Assembly (NCBI GenBank): GCA_045606705.1
Contig: JAZUSL010000068.1
Location: 68,751-132,750, forward strand
Length of the DNA: 64,000 bases
Origin: Bacteroidales bacterium
GTDB lineage: Bacteria; Bacteroidota; Bacteroidia; Bacteroidales; F082
Reading direction: 5' to 3'
Position numbers and translations under genes: made by a program. Below the pieces are notes generated by a model. It was given only the letters and a program-made list of their open reading frames with translations. It did no database searches and had not been told where the DNA came from. This document shows positions 1 to 8,164 of the stretch, one piece after another. How positions within the stretch are numbered: the stretch's first letter is position 1; every line of letters starts with the position of its first letter.

Positions 1-266
1 CTAGAACTTTTATCAATAACGATTTGGCAACGGAGGTTGGTTTCTTCTTCGTATCGTTTCACGAAGAGTTTTTCGGTTCTTGCGAAAAGTTTCCAGTCTA
101 TGTTTTTGGTAGGTTCTCCTGTGTTATAGAGGCGATGTTCAGCAAATTCAACTGAGAAGCCGTGAAAAGGACTCTTATGCAGGCCGGTTATGAAACCTTC
201 CACTATCTGACGAGCTAAAAATTCCAGGCTTCCCAGCTGAGCTATATTGCTGACTTCTATTGGCAT
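1..266 (-). CDS. DUF58 domain protein, N-terminal part (gene runs off the left edge)
   Basis: Absent from the ORF track because no stop is reached. ATG at 266-264; reverse translation reads MPIEVSNIAQLGSLEFLARQIVEGFITGLHKSPFHGFSVEFAEHRLYNTGEPTKNIDWKLFARTEKLFVKRYEEETNLRCQ, which matches my memory of the conserved DUF58 N-terminus. Confidence 0.7.
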   Translation of the reverse strand, partial: MPIEVSNIAQLGSLEFLARQIVEGFITGLHKSPFHGFSVEFAEHRLYNTGEPTKNIDWKLFARTEKLFVKRYEEETNLRCQIVIDKSS

Positions 267-274
267 TTATTAGA

Positions 275-592
275 TTAGATAAGTTTCTTCAATTTGTCTT
301 CGAAAACTTGTTTTGCTGCGCCGCCAACGTTTTTGTCAACTACCTGACCGCCTTTGAAATAAAGAACTGTAGGAACGTTCATGATACGATATTTCATTGC
401 CAAGCCATTGCATTCGTCGATGTCTGCTTTGAAGACTTTAGCTTTGCCGGCATATTCTTCTGATAATTGGTCCATATAAGGAGCGATCATGTTGCAAGGT
501 CCGCACCATGTTGCGCCGAAATCTACCATAACTGGAACTTCGCTTTGTAATACTTCTACTTCGAAAGTAGCGTCTGTAATGTGATTTGCCAT
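275..592 (-). CDS. trxA: thioredoxin
   Basis: 105 aa with WCGPC active site and typical thioredoxin length. Confidence 0.95.
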   Translation of the reverse strand: MANHITDATFEVEVLQSEVPVMVDFGATWCGPCNMIAPYMDQLSEEYAGKAKVFKADIDECNGLAMKYRIMNVPTVLYFKGGQVVDKNVGGAAKQVFEDKLKKLI

Positions 593-683
593 AATTATAA
601 TTATTTAAAATGTTAGTACTGATTTTTTGCAAAAATAATAAAAAAGTCTAAAGTCAAAAGAGAATAGACGAAAGATTTTTTTA

Positions 684-747
684 AATCTGAAAACACTAAA
701 ATCTGAGAACCTGAAAATTTTGACTAATGACTAAAGACAAAAGTCTA
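684..747. repeat. octamer-period tract AATCTGAA AACACTAA AATCTGAG AACCTGAA AATTTTGA CTAATGAC TAAAGACA AAAGTCTA
   Basis: Read directly, between trxA and dnaE. The GACTAATGAC-AAAG words recur at 14373-14386. Confidence 0.8.
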
Positions 748-765
748 AAGGTTAAGCCTTCGGAT

Positions 766-905
766 GTCAACAGACAACAGACTTTGTCCACGGTTTCTTT
801 TTGCTATGAGCATTGAACTGACTGCTGACCACTGATAGCTGATAGCTGATGGCTGACAGCCAATTCTCAATTTAAAAGTCACACGTCCGTGTGCCTCTAC
901 GAGAG
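766..905. repeat. mosaic repeat, copy A (26-mer, ctatgagc, six CTGAYNR heptamers at 818-859, AATT-CAATT, 22-mer hairpin module at 880-901)
   Basis: The 26-mer at 766-791 is identical to 43836-43861, and the 22-mer at 880-901 is identical to 50318-50339. Confidence 0.85.
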
Positions 906-1049
906 ATTGTGCTTCTTCAAATCTCTCTGACGTTTCATGCATCGACTGTCTTCCGCATGAGTCAGACAGAATCATAAAACCTGATATAAAAGCAACAAAT
1001 GATATTATGAAGAATAATTATCTCATGTATGTAATAATCTCGTTAGTTT

Positions 1050-4000
1050 TCAATTCAACAAATCGTACGTCACATAGTCGGCGTCTTTCAACAATTCGAA
1101 AATCTCCTGCGCGTTGATCTTTCCTTTTTCAGGATGTAACGAACATGTCATATCGTTTTCTCTATCAACGAATCTTAACGAATATGGCTGATTGCCTTTG
1201 TTTTTCTTTATTATATTAATGAACTCCTGTGCTTTGTCCTTATCGAGTTTGTCGGTGAAGACAGTGAATCTAACTTCTCTGTTAGTCTTTTCCATTATTG
1301 TCTCTAACATCTCCACTTTAGTAATTCTCAATTCTTTAGGTTTAGGAGCGTTAGGATCTTCACTTGTGACGTAACGTTCTTTCACTATTCCGGTGACGAG
1401 CACCTGCGTTCCAGGAACGAGCAGCGGATTCATCTTAAGATAATTCTCCTTGAAAAGCGGGAACTCGAAACTTCCGCTCTGGTCTTCAATTCTATATCTG
1501 CCATATTCTGAGCCTGTCTTTGACGTAAATCTCTCTGCTGATGTCACCAATCCCGCCATCACAAATGTTGTATCGGGACGGCTCATCTCGATAGCGTTCT
1601 TGACATTCTCTAATTTTATATTAGCGAAATATTTTATCGTATCTCTGAACATATCAAGAGGATGCGAACTCATGTAGAAACCGACGAGTTCTCTTTCCAT
1701 CTCTAATTCTTTCAATTTAGACCATCGTTCACATTCAGGGAGCGGTATTGTAAATGTCTCTTCTTCGCCGCCTTCGCTATCCGCAAACAAGTCGAATTGA
1801 GCGTTATTCTTTCTGTCGAGATATGCTGATACCGATTTAATCGACTTTTCCACAAATGTCGTCTTGTCGCCTTCTGCGATATGATAGAACATTGCTCTGT
1901 GCATTCCATCAAAGCTATCGAAAACGCCCGCTCCGGCAAGTGCCTCTATCGATTTTCTGTTAACACCTTTACCATTCATTCTAATTAAGAAGTCGGCGAA
2001 GTCTTTGAATTTACCGTTGGCATTTCGTTCATCAGTAATAGCTTGGATAACCACCTCACCTACCGATTTCACTGCTCCCATTCCAAAAGAGATTTGTCCT
2101 TTGTCGTTAACGGTAAATTTATATTCCGACTCATTGACGTTAGGTACCACCACATCGATTTTCATGCGTTTACATTCTTCTATCATGAAGACGACTTCCT
2201 TATTGTCTCTGATGGAACTATTTAACACAGCCGCCATAAACTCAGCAGGATAATGCGCTTTGAGATAAGCGGTCTGATAAGCGACCCATGAATAACATGT
2301 AGCGTGAGATTTGTTGAAAGCGTAAGAAGCGAATTTCTCCCAATCTTTCCAGATGTTCTCCAGGATTTCAGGATCATGACCGTTTTCCTGACCTTGCTTC
2401 ATGAACTTGCCTTTCAGCTCGTTCATCTTCTCGATGAGTTTCTTACCCATAGCCTTACGCAAGGTGTCAGACTCACCACGAGTGAAACTTGCCAACTGTC
2501 GCGACAGAAGCATCACCTGTTCTTGATAAACAGTGACGCCGTATGTATCTTTGAGATACTTCTCCATCTCCGGGATAGGATAAGTGATCGGTTCCTTGCC
2601 TGTCTTACGTGCAATGAAAGTCGGGATATAATCCATAGGACCCGGACGATACAAGGCATTCATAGCGATAAGGTCTTCAAAGACAGTAGGCTTCAACTCG
2701 CGCAGATATTTCTGCATACCAGGAGATTCGAACTGGAACGTACCGATAGTATTTCCGGAACTATACAATTCGTAAGTCTTTTTATCATCGATAGGAATAT
2801 TGTCGATGTCAATGTCGATGCCGTGAGTCTTCTTGATGTTAGCCAAGGCATCTTTAATCTGTGTCAAGGTTTTAAGTCCCAAGAAGTCCATCTTGATAAG
2901 TCCCACGTTTTCAACCACGTGACCGTCATATTGAGTTACGAGCACGTCTTCTTTTGTTTCCTTATCTTTGATGGTACAAAGAGGGGCGTAATTCGTCAGG
3001 TCGGAAGCACCGATGATAACGCCGCAGGCATGGATACCAATTTGACGGTTCGTTTCTTCGAGCTGCTGGGCGTAAGTCAACATTGAAGAGATGTTTTCAT
3101 CATCGCCATCCAACAATGTCTTTATCTGAGGTACATATTTAAAACAGTTCTTCAGATTAACCTTCGGCACCTTTCCTTTTTCATCTTTAACAGAATCCGG
3201 GAATTTATCTGGTATAAGAGCCTTGATCTCATTGACCTTTGGAATAGGGATCTTTTGTACGCGGCTCACGTCGGCAATGGAAGATTTCGTTGCCATCGTT
3301 CCATAAGTGATGATATGAGCCACTTTTTCCTTACCGTATTTCTCGGTAATCCAATCGAGAACCTTACCGCGACCATCATCGTCGAAATCGACATCGATAT
3401 CGGGCAATGAGATACGGTCAGGATTAAGGAAACGCTCGAACAGCAAGTCATATTTCAGCGGGTCGACGTCAGTGATTTTCAAGCAATATGCCACCACGGA
3501 ACCAGCGGCCGAACCACGACCCGGACCGACGGAAACGCCGAGTTCTTCACGAGCACCGCGTATATAATCCTGAACGATGAGGAAGTAGCCTGGGAAACCC
3601 ATGGTCTTCATAATGTGTAGTTCAAAGACTATGCGTTCACGTTGTTCTTCAGTAAGTTCCTTGCCGTAACGACGTTCCGCGCCTTCCCATGCGAGTTTAG
3701 CGAGATAGTCTGCTTCCAGTTTTATACGATAAAGTTTATCATAACCACCCAACTTCTTGATTTTCTTTTCTCCCTCTTCCCTACTCATCACCACTTCACC
3801 GAGTTCGTTACGAGTAAATTCTTCAAATAAATCCTCTTGTGTATATTTATTACGATATTCTTCTTCAGTACCAAACTCGGCAGGAATATCGAATATCGGC
3901 ATGATAGGGTCAGAATCGATGGAATAAGATTCAACCTTATCGACTATTTCCTTTGTGTTCTCAAGAGCTTCCGGAATATCAGAGAACGCCGTTCCCATCT

Positions 4001-5627
4001 CTTTTGGCGACTTAAGCCACTCTTGTTTGGTATAATGCATTCTGTTAGGATCGTCAAAATCCTTTCCTGTGCTGAGGCAAACTAGTCTGTCGTGAGCCTC
4101 GCTATGTTCTTCTTCTACAAAGTGTACGTCGTTAGTGGCAATGATTTTTGTATTAGTCTTTCTCGCCAGTTGTATTAGTATCTCATTAACCTGCTGCTGA
4201 CGTTCGAAAGTAGAAGTATCTGCATTAGGTTTATCTGTTTTATGTCGTTGTATTTCGATGTAGAAATCATCGCCGAAGATATTCTTGAACCAGAGCAGAG
4301 ATTTCTCAGCGCCTTCAATGTCGCCGTTCATAATCTTCTGAGGAAGTTCGCCGCCGAGACAAGCCGAACAAACGATAAGACCTTCGTGATATTGTTCAAG
4401 AAGCGAATGGTCGATACGCGGATTATAATAGAAGCCATCGATATATGCGATGGAGCTCAACTTACAGAGAGACTTGTAACCTTGTTTGTTTTTTGCCAAT
4501 AATATAAGGTGATAGCCTCTGTCGGCACGACCATCTTGTTTATCAATGCTCACAGGAGCACAATAAGTCTCAATGCCGAAGATAGGCTTAAAAATCTTTT
4601 TCTTAAGCATATCTATTTCAACGGAAGCATCATCTTTCTGAGAATCGGTAGACTCCTCATTATTAAGAATCTTCTCTTGTTCTTTTATCTTATCCTTTAT
4701 CTTACCATTATATTTATTTGCAGAATCGGCGAATTCTTTGATGCCAAACATATTACCATGATCGGTAAGAGCCATCGAGAACATATTGTTTTTTACACAT
4801 TTATCGATGAGGTCAGGCACCTTCGACATTCCGTCGAGGATTGAGAAGTGCGAGTGGACGTGCAGATGCGTGAAGTGATTTGGAGTATATGTATTGTCGC
4901 AAGGTCGCAAGGTCGCAGAGTCACAGAGTTGTTGAGGTTGTTTTTCTTCAATATTGGAAACGACTTTTATTCCTGCGGGTTGCATCACATCAGGATTGGC
5001 TTCCTTAAAAATTTTAAAGAACTCCTCGCCTTCTTTTATCTCCTCGTCATTGATAACATTAATACGAACAAGTTCTAAAAATACACGTGCTGTAGCTTCA
5101 ACGTCGGCGGAAGCGTTATGCGCCATATCGAAACCCTCATTAAACAACAGCTGATGAATCTCAGAAAGTTTCGGTTTCTTGAACTTACGACCCAGACCAC
5201 CAGGAAGTTTGCAGAATTCGGCAGTCTTTTCAGTACAGGTGTCGATGATATTCATTCCTCTGAAAGGATTGATATTCTTCACTCTCAGATACTCACATGC
5301 CGTCACATTCAAGTCGAAAGCCACATTATGACCGACAACATATTTCACTTCTTTGAGAGCGTTAAGAAAAATATCGAGAACATCGTTAAGATTCTCCCCT
5401 ACATTAAGAGCACGTTCCGTACTGATACCGTGTACCATAGAAGCGTTGATAGGAATGATAAAACCTTCGGGCTTGATGATATGATTCTCAGCCTTAACGA
5501 ATTTTCCTTTCTCATCATGAATCTGCCATGCAATCTGCACCACGCGAGGCCAATTGTCGAAATTAGTCAACGGGGCATTCTTATCTAAAGGCAGACCTGT
5601 GGTCTCGGTATCGAATATCAAAAACAT
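1050..5627 (-). CDS. dnaE: DNA polymerase III alpha subunit with fused N-terminal DEDDh 3'-5' exonuclease domain
   Basis: 1525 aa. Exo motifs FDTETTG, GHNVAFD and HNASADV in the first ~190 aa, then PHP motif HLHVHSHFSILDG and a full DnaE core and OB tail. Confidence 0.95.
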   Translation of the reverse strand: MFLIFDTETTGLPLDKNAPLTNFDNWPRVVQIAWQIHDEKGKFVKAENHIIKPEGFIIPINASMVHGISTERALNVGENLNDVLDIFLNALKEVKYVVGHNVAFDLNVTACEYLRVKNINPFRGMNIIDTCTEKTAEFCKLPGGLGRKFKKPKLSEIHQLLFNEGFDMAHNASADVEATARVFLELVRINVINDEEIKEGEEFFKIFKEANPDVMQPAGIKVVSNIEEKQPQQLCDSATLRPCDNTYTPNHFTHLHVHSHFSILDGMSKVPDLIDKCVKNNMFSMALTDHGNMFGIKEFADSANKYNGKIKDKIKEQEKILNNEESTDSQKDDASVEIDMLKKKIFKPIFGIETYCAPVSIDKQDGRADRGYHLILLAKNKQGYKSLCKLSSIAYIDGFYYNPRIDHSLLEQYHEGLIVCSACLGGELPQKIMNGDIEGAEKSLLWFKNIFGDDFYIEIQRHKTDKPNADTSTFERQQQVNEILIQLARKTNTKIIATNDVHFVEEEHSEAHDRLVCLSTGKDFDDPNRMHYTKQEWLKSPKEMGTAFSDIPEALENTKEIVDKVESYSIDSDPIMPIFDIPAEFGTEEEYRNKYTQEDLFEEFTRNELGEVVMSREEGEKKIKKLGGYDKLYRIKLEADYLAKLAWEGAERRYGKELTEEQRERIVFELHIMKTMGFPGYFLIVQDYIRGAREELGVSVGPGRGSAAGSVVAYCLKITDVDPLKYDLLFERFLNPDRISLPDIDVDFDDDGRGKVLDWITEKYGKEKVAHIITYGTMATKSSIADVSRVQKIPIPKVNEIKALIPDKFPDSVKDEKGKVPKVNLKNCFKYVPQIKTLLDGDDENISSMLTYAQQLEETNRQIGIHACGVIIGASDLTNYAPLCTIKDKETKEDVLVTQYDGHVVENVGLIKMDFLGLKTLTQIKDALANIKKTHGIDIDIDNIPIDDKKTYELYSSGNTIGTFQFESPGMQKYLRELKPTVFEDLIAMNALYRPGPMDYIPTFIARKTGKEPITYPIPEMEKYLKDTYGVTVYQEQVMLLSRQLASFTRGESDTLRKAMGKKLIEKMNELKGKFMKQGQENGHDPEILENIWKDWEKFASYAFNKSHATCYSWVAYQTAYLKAHYPAEFMAAVLNSSIRDNKEVVFMIEECKRMKIDVVVPNVNESEYKFTVNDKGQISFGMGAVKSVGEVVIQAITDERNANGKFKDFADFLIRMNGKGVNRKSIEALAGAGVFDSFDGMHRAMFYHIAEGDKTTFVEKSIKSVSAYLDRKNNAQFDLFADSEGGEEETFTIPLPECERWSKLKELEMERELVGFYMSSHPLDMFRDTIKYFANIKLENVKNAIEMSRPDTTFVMAGLVTSAERFTSKTGSEYGRYRIEDQSGSFEFPLFKENYLKMNPLLVPGTQVLVTGIVKERYVTSEDPNAPKPKELRITKVEMLETIMEKTNREVRFTVFTDKLDKDKAQEFINIIKKNKGNQPYSLRFVDRENDMTCSLHPEKGKINAQEIFELLKDADYVTYDLLN
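4896..4928. repeat. octamer tract GTCGCAAG GTCGCAAG GTCGCAGA GTCACAGA inside the dnaE reading frame
   Basis: Read directly on the plus strand. On the coding strand it encodes about aa 234-244 (LCDSATLRPCD) in the linker between the exonuclease and PHP domains. Confidence 0.85.
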
Positions 5628-5802
5628 AAAAACTTATTTTTAGTATGAAAAATGACTCTGCTAATATTGATTTTCAAAGATGTATGAAAAACAAATCTTC
5701 TTTCCAAAACTAAGAATTTTTTCGGAGATATTCACGTATTTTTTGATAAATATTTTTTTGGCATTAATCATTTATTTAAAAAATAACAACCGATATTTTT
5801 GT

Positions 5803-5810
5803 TATATTTG
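5803..5810 (+). promoter_or_regulatory. Bacteroidetes-type -7 box TATATTTG (TAnnTTTG)
   Basis: Exact TAnnTTTG match 13 nt upstream of the ATG at 5823. Confidence 0.5.
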
Positions 5811-5822
5811 CAGATATAAAGA

Positions 5823-6098
5823 ATGATTCTTATGAATAACAATATAGAAAATGAGACTAATTCTATTGCACAATATCAGAAGATACATTTTACGATTATG
5901 GCAATAGAAGCCTCAGCTAAAAAAATGAACATATCAGGACAAGAAATGTATAATCGTTTGAAAAGACAAGATATGATAAATCAACGATTATTAAAGTATT
6001 ATGAATTATTACATACACAAAGTCTTGACTATGTCGTTGAAGATACGTTAGAGACTCTTCATAACTGGGAAAAAGAAGAACTGGAGGAAAAACAATGA
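5823..6098 (+). CDS. DUF3791-like small protein
   Basis: 91 aa. Segment FTIMAIEASAKKMNISGQEMYNRLKRQDMINQRLLKYYELLHTQSLDYVVEDTLETL fits my memory of DUF3791. Overlaps the next gene by 4 nt (ATGA). Confidence 0.6.
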   Translation: MILMNNNIENETNSIAQYQKIHFTIMAIEASAKKMNISGQEMYNRLKRQDMINQRLLKYYELLHTQSLDYVVEDTLETLHNWEKEELEEKQ

Positions 6099-6595
6099 TT
6101 ACATTATATCACGGATCGCATATAGAAGTAAAAGAACCATTGACCAATGTCGGAAGAAAGAATCTCGATTTCGGACAAGGATTTTACTTAACGAATATTA
6201 AGGAACAAGCGGAATCATGGTCGGAAATAATCGCAACTCGTAAAGGCAGAAATGTGCAGGCAATTGTGAGCGTATATAATTTTGATTATTTCAAGGCTAA
6301 AAACATAGGATACCGTTTCAATGAATTTGAGACATATAATATAGAATGGTTGAAATTTGTTGTCGATTGCCGCAATGGTAAAGATGTCTTTTCAGAATAT
6401 GATATAGTGATTGGTGGTGTCGCAAATGACAGAGTAATTGATACAGTCGAAGATTACGAGAAAGGAATTATCACTGCAGAACAGGCTCTATGTCAGTTAA
6501 GATATAAAGATGTTAATCATCAGATTTGTATTTTAAATCAAGAAATAATAGATTATTGCTTGGAGTTTGTTGAAAGTTATACATTTAACAGATAA
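6095..6595 (+). CDS. DUF3990-like protein with PARP-like H-Y-E motif order
   Basis: 166 aa with LYHGS (H6), DFGQGFYLT (Y31) and SEYDIVIG (E101). This family usually sits next to DUF3791 genes. Confidence 0.65.
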   Translation: MITLYHGSHIEVKEPLTNVGRKNLDFGQGFYLTNIKEQAESWSEIIATRKGRNVQAIVSVYNFDYFKAKNIGYRFNEFETYNIEWLKFVVDCRNGKDVFSEYDIVIGGVANDRVIDTVEDYEKGIITAEQALCQLRYKDVNHQICILNQEIIDYCLEFVESYTFNR

Positions 6596-6600
6596 AGCCT

Positions 6601-6804
6601 ATGAGAGAAAATGTATTATGGCGCAAACAAAGCAGTATCGTGATGATTCTTGCGGATGTACTTGGAATTGACACCGAAAAAGCATTAGATATTTTTTATT
6701 CATCAAACGCATATTTACAGTTATCTGACGACAGATATAGACTTAATTTGATGAGTGACAAATATATTGTCGAAGACATAATTAAAGAAATTGAGAACAA
6801 ATAA
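6601..6804 (+). CDS. second DUF3791-like small protein
   Basis: 67 aa. LWRKQSSIVMILADVLGIDTEKALDIFYSSNAYLQLSD resembles DUF3791. Starts 5 nt after the DUF3990-like gene. Confidence 0.55.
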   Translation: MRENVLWRKQSSIVMILADVLGIDTEKALDIFYSSNAYLQLSDDRYRLNLMSDKYIVEDIIKEIENK

Positions 6805-6815
6805 AATAAATTGAT

Positions 6816-8060
6816 ATGGATAACGCAAGATTAATAGCTGAATACGGACTCCCATTGGAGGTGGAACTCAGCACACAGATTTACAACGCACTGCAGGGTA
6901 ATGTCGTTGAAGAGATCATCAAAATGGCTAAGATTCCTTTCTCCGACAATTATTATCGCAGCATGCTTGAAGGTCATAGCTTTAAAGTAGAGGAAGGAAC
7001 TCTTTCTCGTTATTATCATATTTTCAACGAGATAAAAGAAGCCTTACAATTTACTGAACCTGTAGATTTCTATATCACCGGCGACCCATCCGTTAACGCT
7101 TTCGCCATTGCTTCGCAGGAAGAAGGCGAACCTAACATCATCAACGTCAACTCTTCTCTTATACAATTAATGACCGATGATGAGTTGCGTTTCGTTGTAG
7201 GACATGAAATGGGACACCTTATTAATAAGAATGCTTCTCTCGTAAAACTCATCAATTTCGTCTTCCCTCCAGGTGCTGTATTGCCGATAACTTTACAATA
7301 TAAAATAAGGTTGTGGCAACAACTCTCAGAACTCGTCGCCGACCGCTTTGGTTACATGGCAATGCCTGATTTAAACGTCTGCATCTCAGCGTTCTTTAAA
7401 ATGTCGTCAGGATTAGACTTCAAAAAGATGGATATGAAGGTAGAGGCTTTCCTTGAAGATAACAAGAAACGATTAGAATATTTCCGTAACGACAAAGGCA
7501 TCAATTTCGCGACACATCCTATCAATCCAATAAGAGTCGAGGCTTTGAACCAATTCTCAAAAAGTGTGTTTTTCAATGAGAAAGGAGCAAGTAAGGATGA
7601 ACTTGAAAACGGCATGAACGAACTCATTGAAATATTGTTGAAAGTAAGAAACACCGAACTCGATTCCAATATGGCGAAATTCATCGCCACAGCAGGTTTG
7701 ATAATCGCAAACTGCGATGAGACAATAAGTGAGAACGAAATAGACTTAATTTTCAGTGAACTGTCAGTATTGGAAATATTCCCTAAGACTTATCTTGAAG
7801 ATATAACGAAATGCGATGTCGTTGAGACTTTCAAAGATTCCATCAAGAAACTTCTCGAACTCAATCCTGAGACAAGAGAAGCCATGTTAAGATATTTGAT
7901 TTCAATAGCACTGGCAGACAAAGACATCAATGTCAAGGAAGTTGAATTGATATTCAATATAGCATCAGGAGAATTAGGTTATTCGCCAATGGAAACAGCA
8001 CAGATTTTCTCGCAGATGATTCAGGTCGATTTCACTCCAAGTATGAATGCACTTTGTTAA
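6816..8060 (+). CDS. M48-family zinc metallopeptidase with C-terminal TerB-like helical domain
   Basis: 414 aa with HEXXH in VVGHEMGHLINKN and no TM segments. The C-terminal ~130 aa (DETISENEIDLIF...DKDINVKEVELIFNIA) resembles TerB-type repeats; that part of the call is weaker. Confidence 0.7.
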   Translation: MDNARLIAEYGLPLEVELSTQIYNALQGNVVEEIIKMAKIPFSDNYYRSMLEGHSFKVEEGTLSRYYHIFNEIKEALQFTEPVDFYITGDPSVNAFAIASQEEGEPNIINVNSSLIQLMTDDELRFVVGHEMGHLINKNASLVKLINFVFPPGAVLPITLQYKIRLWQQLSELVADRFGYMAMPDLNVCISAFFKMSSGLDFKKMDMKVEAFLEDNKKRLEYFRNDKGINFATHPINPIRVEALNQFSKSVFFNEKGASKDELENGMNELIEILLKVRNTELDSNMAKFIATAGLIIANCDETISENEIDLIFSELSVLEIFPKTYLEDITKCDVVETFKDSIKKLLELNPETREAMLRYLISIALADKDINVKEVELIFNIASGELGYSPMETAQIFSQMIQVDFTPSMNALC

Positions 8061-8100
8061 GTCATAAAGTCACAAGGTCGCAAAGTCGCAAAGTAGAGAC
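8061..8100. repeat. octamer tract GTCRYARR x5 (gtcataaa gtcacaag gtcgcaaa gtcgcaaa gtagagac)
   Basis: Read directly; 8-nt period starting right after the stop at 8060. The same unit family occurs inside dnaE at 4896-4928. Confidence 0.85.
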
Positions 8101-8144
8101 GCGTCAATGATACCTGCAATATAAACACAACATTGACACGTCTC
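8096..8144. repeat. hairpin element, AGACG...CGTCT family, copy 1
   Basis: gagacgcgtcaatg (8096-8109) pairs with cattgacacgtctc (8131-8144) in 13 of 14 positions, with a 21-nt loop. Confidence 0.75.
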
Positions 8145-8164
8145 AAAAAGCCTAAATATAAACT

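Noticed and set aside
745-975. 76-aa minus-strand ORF between trxA and dnaE.
   Set aside because: It is built almost entirely from the mosaic repeat modules (26-mer, CTGA heptamers, 22-mer hairpin). No promoter box or recognisable protein features are present.
1192-5588. Many 60-260-aa ORFs on the plus strand inside dnaE (for example 2304-3086 and 5118-5588).
   Set aside because: They are antisense to a continuous 1525-aa ORF with unmistakable DnaE motifs. Their sequences are low-complexity with no recognisable domains, typical of shadow ORFs.
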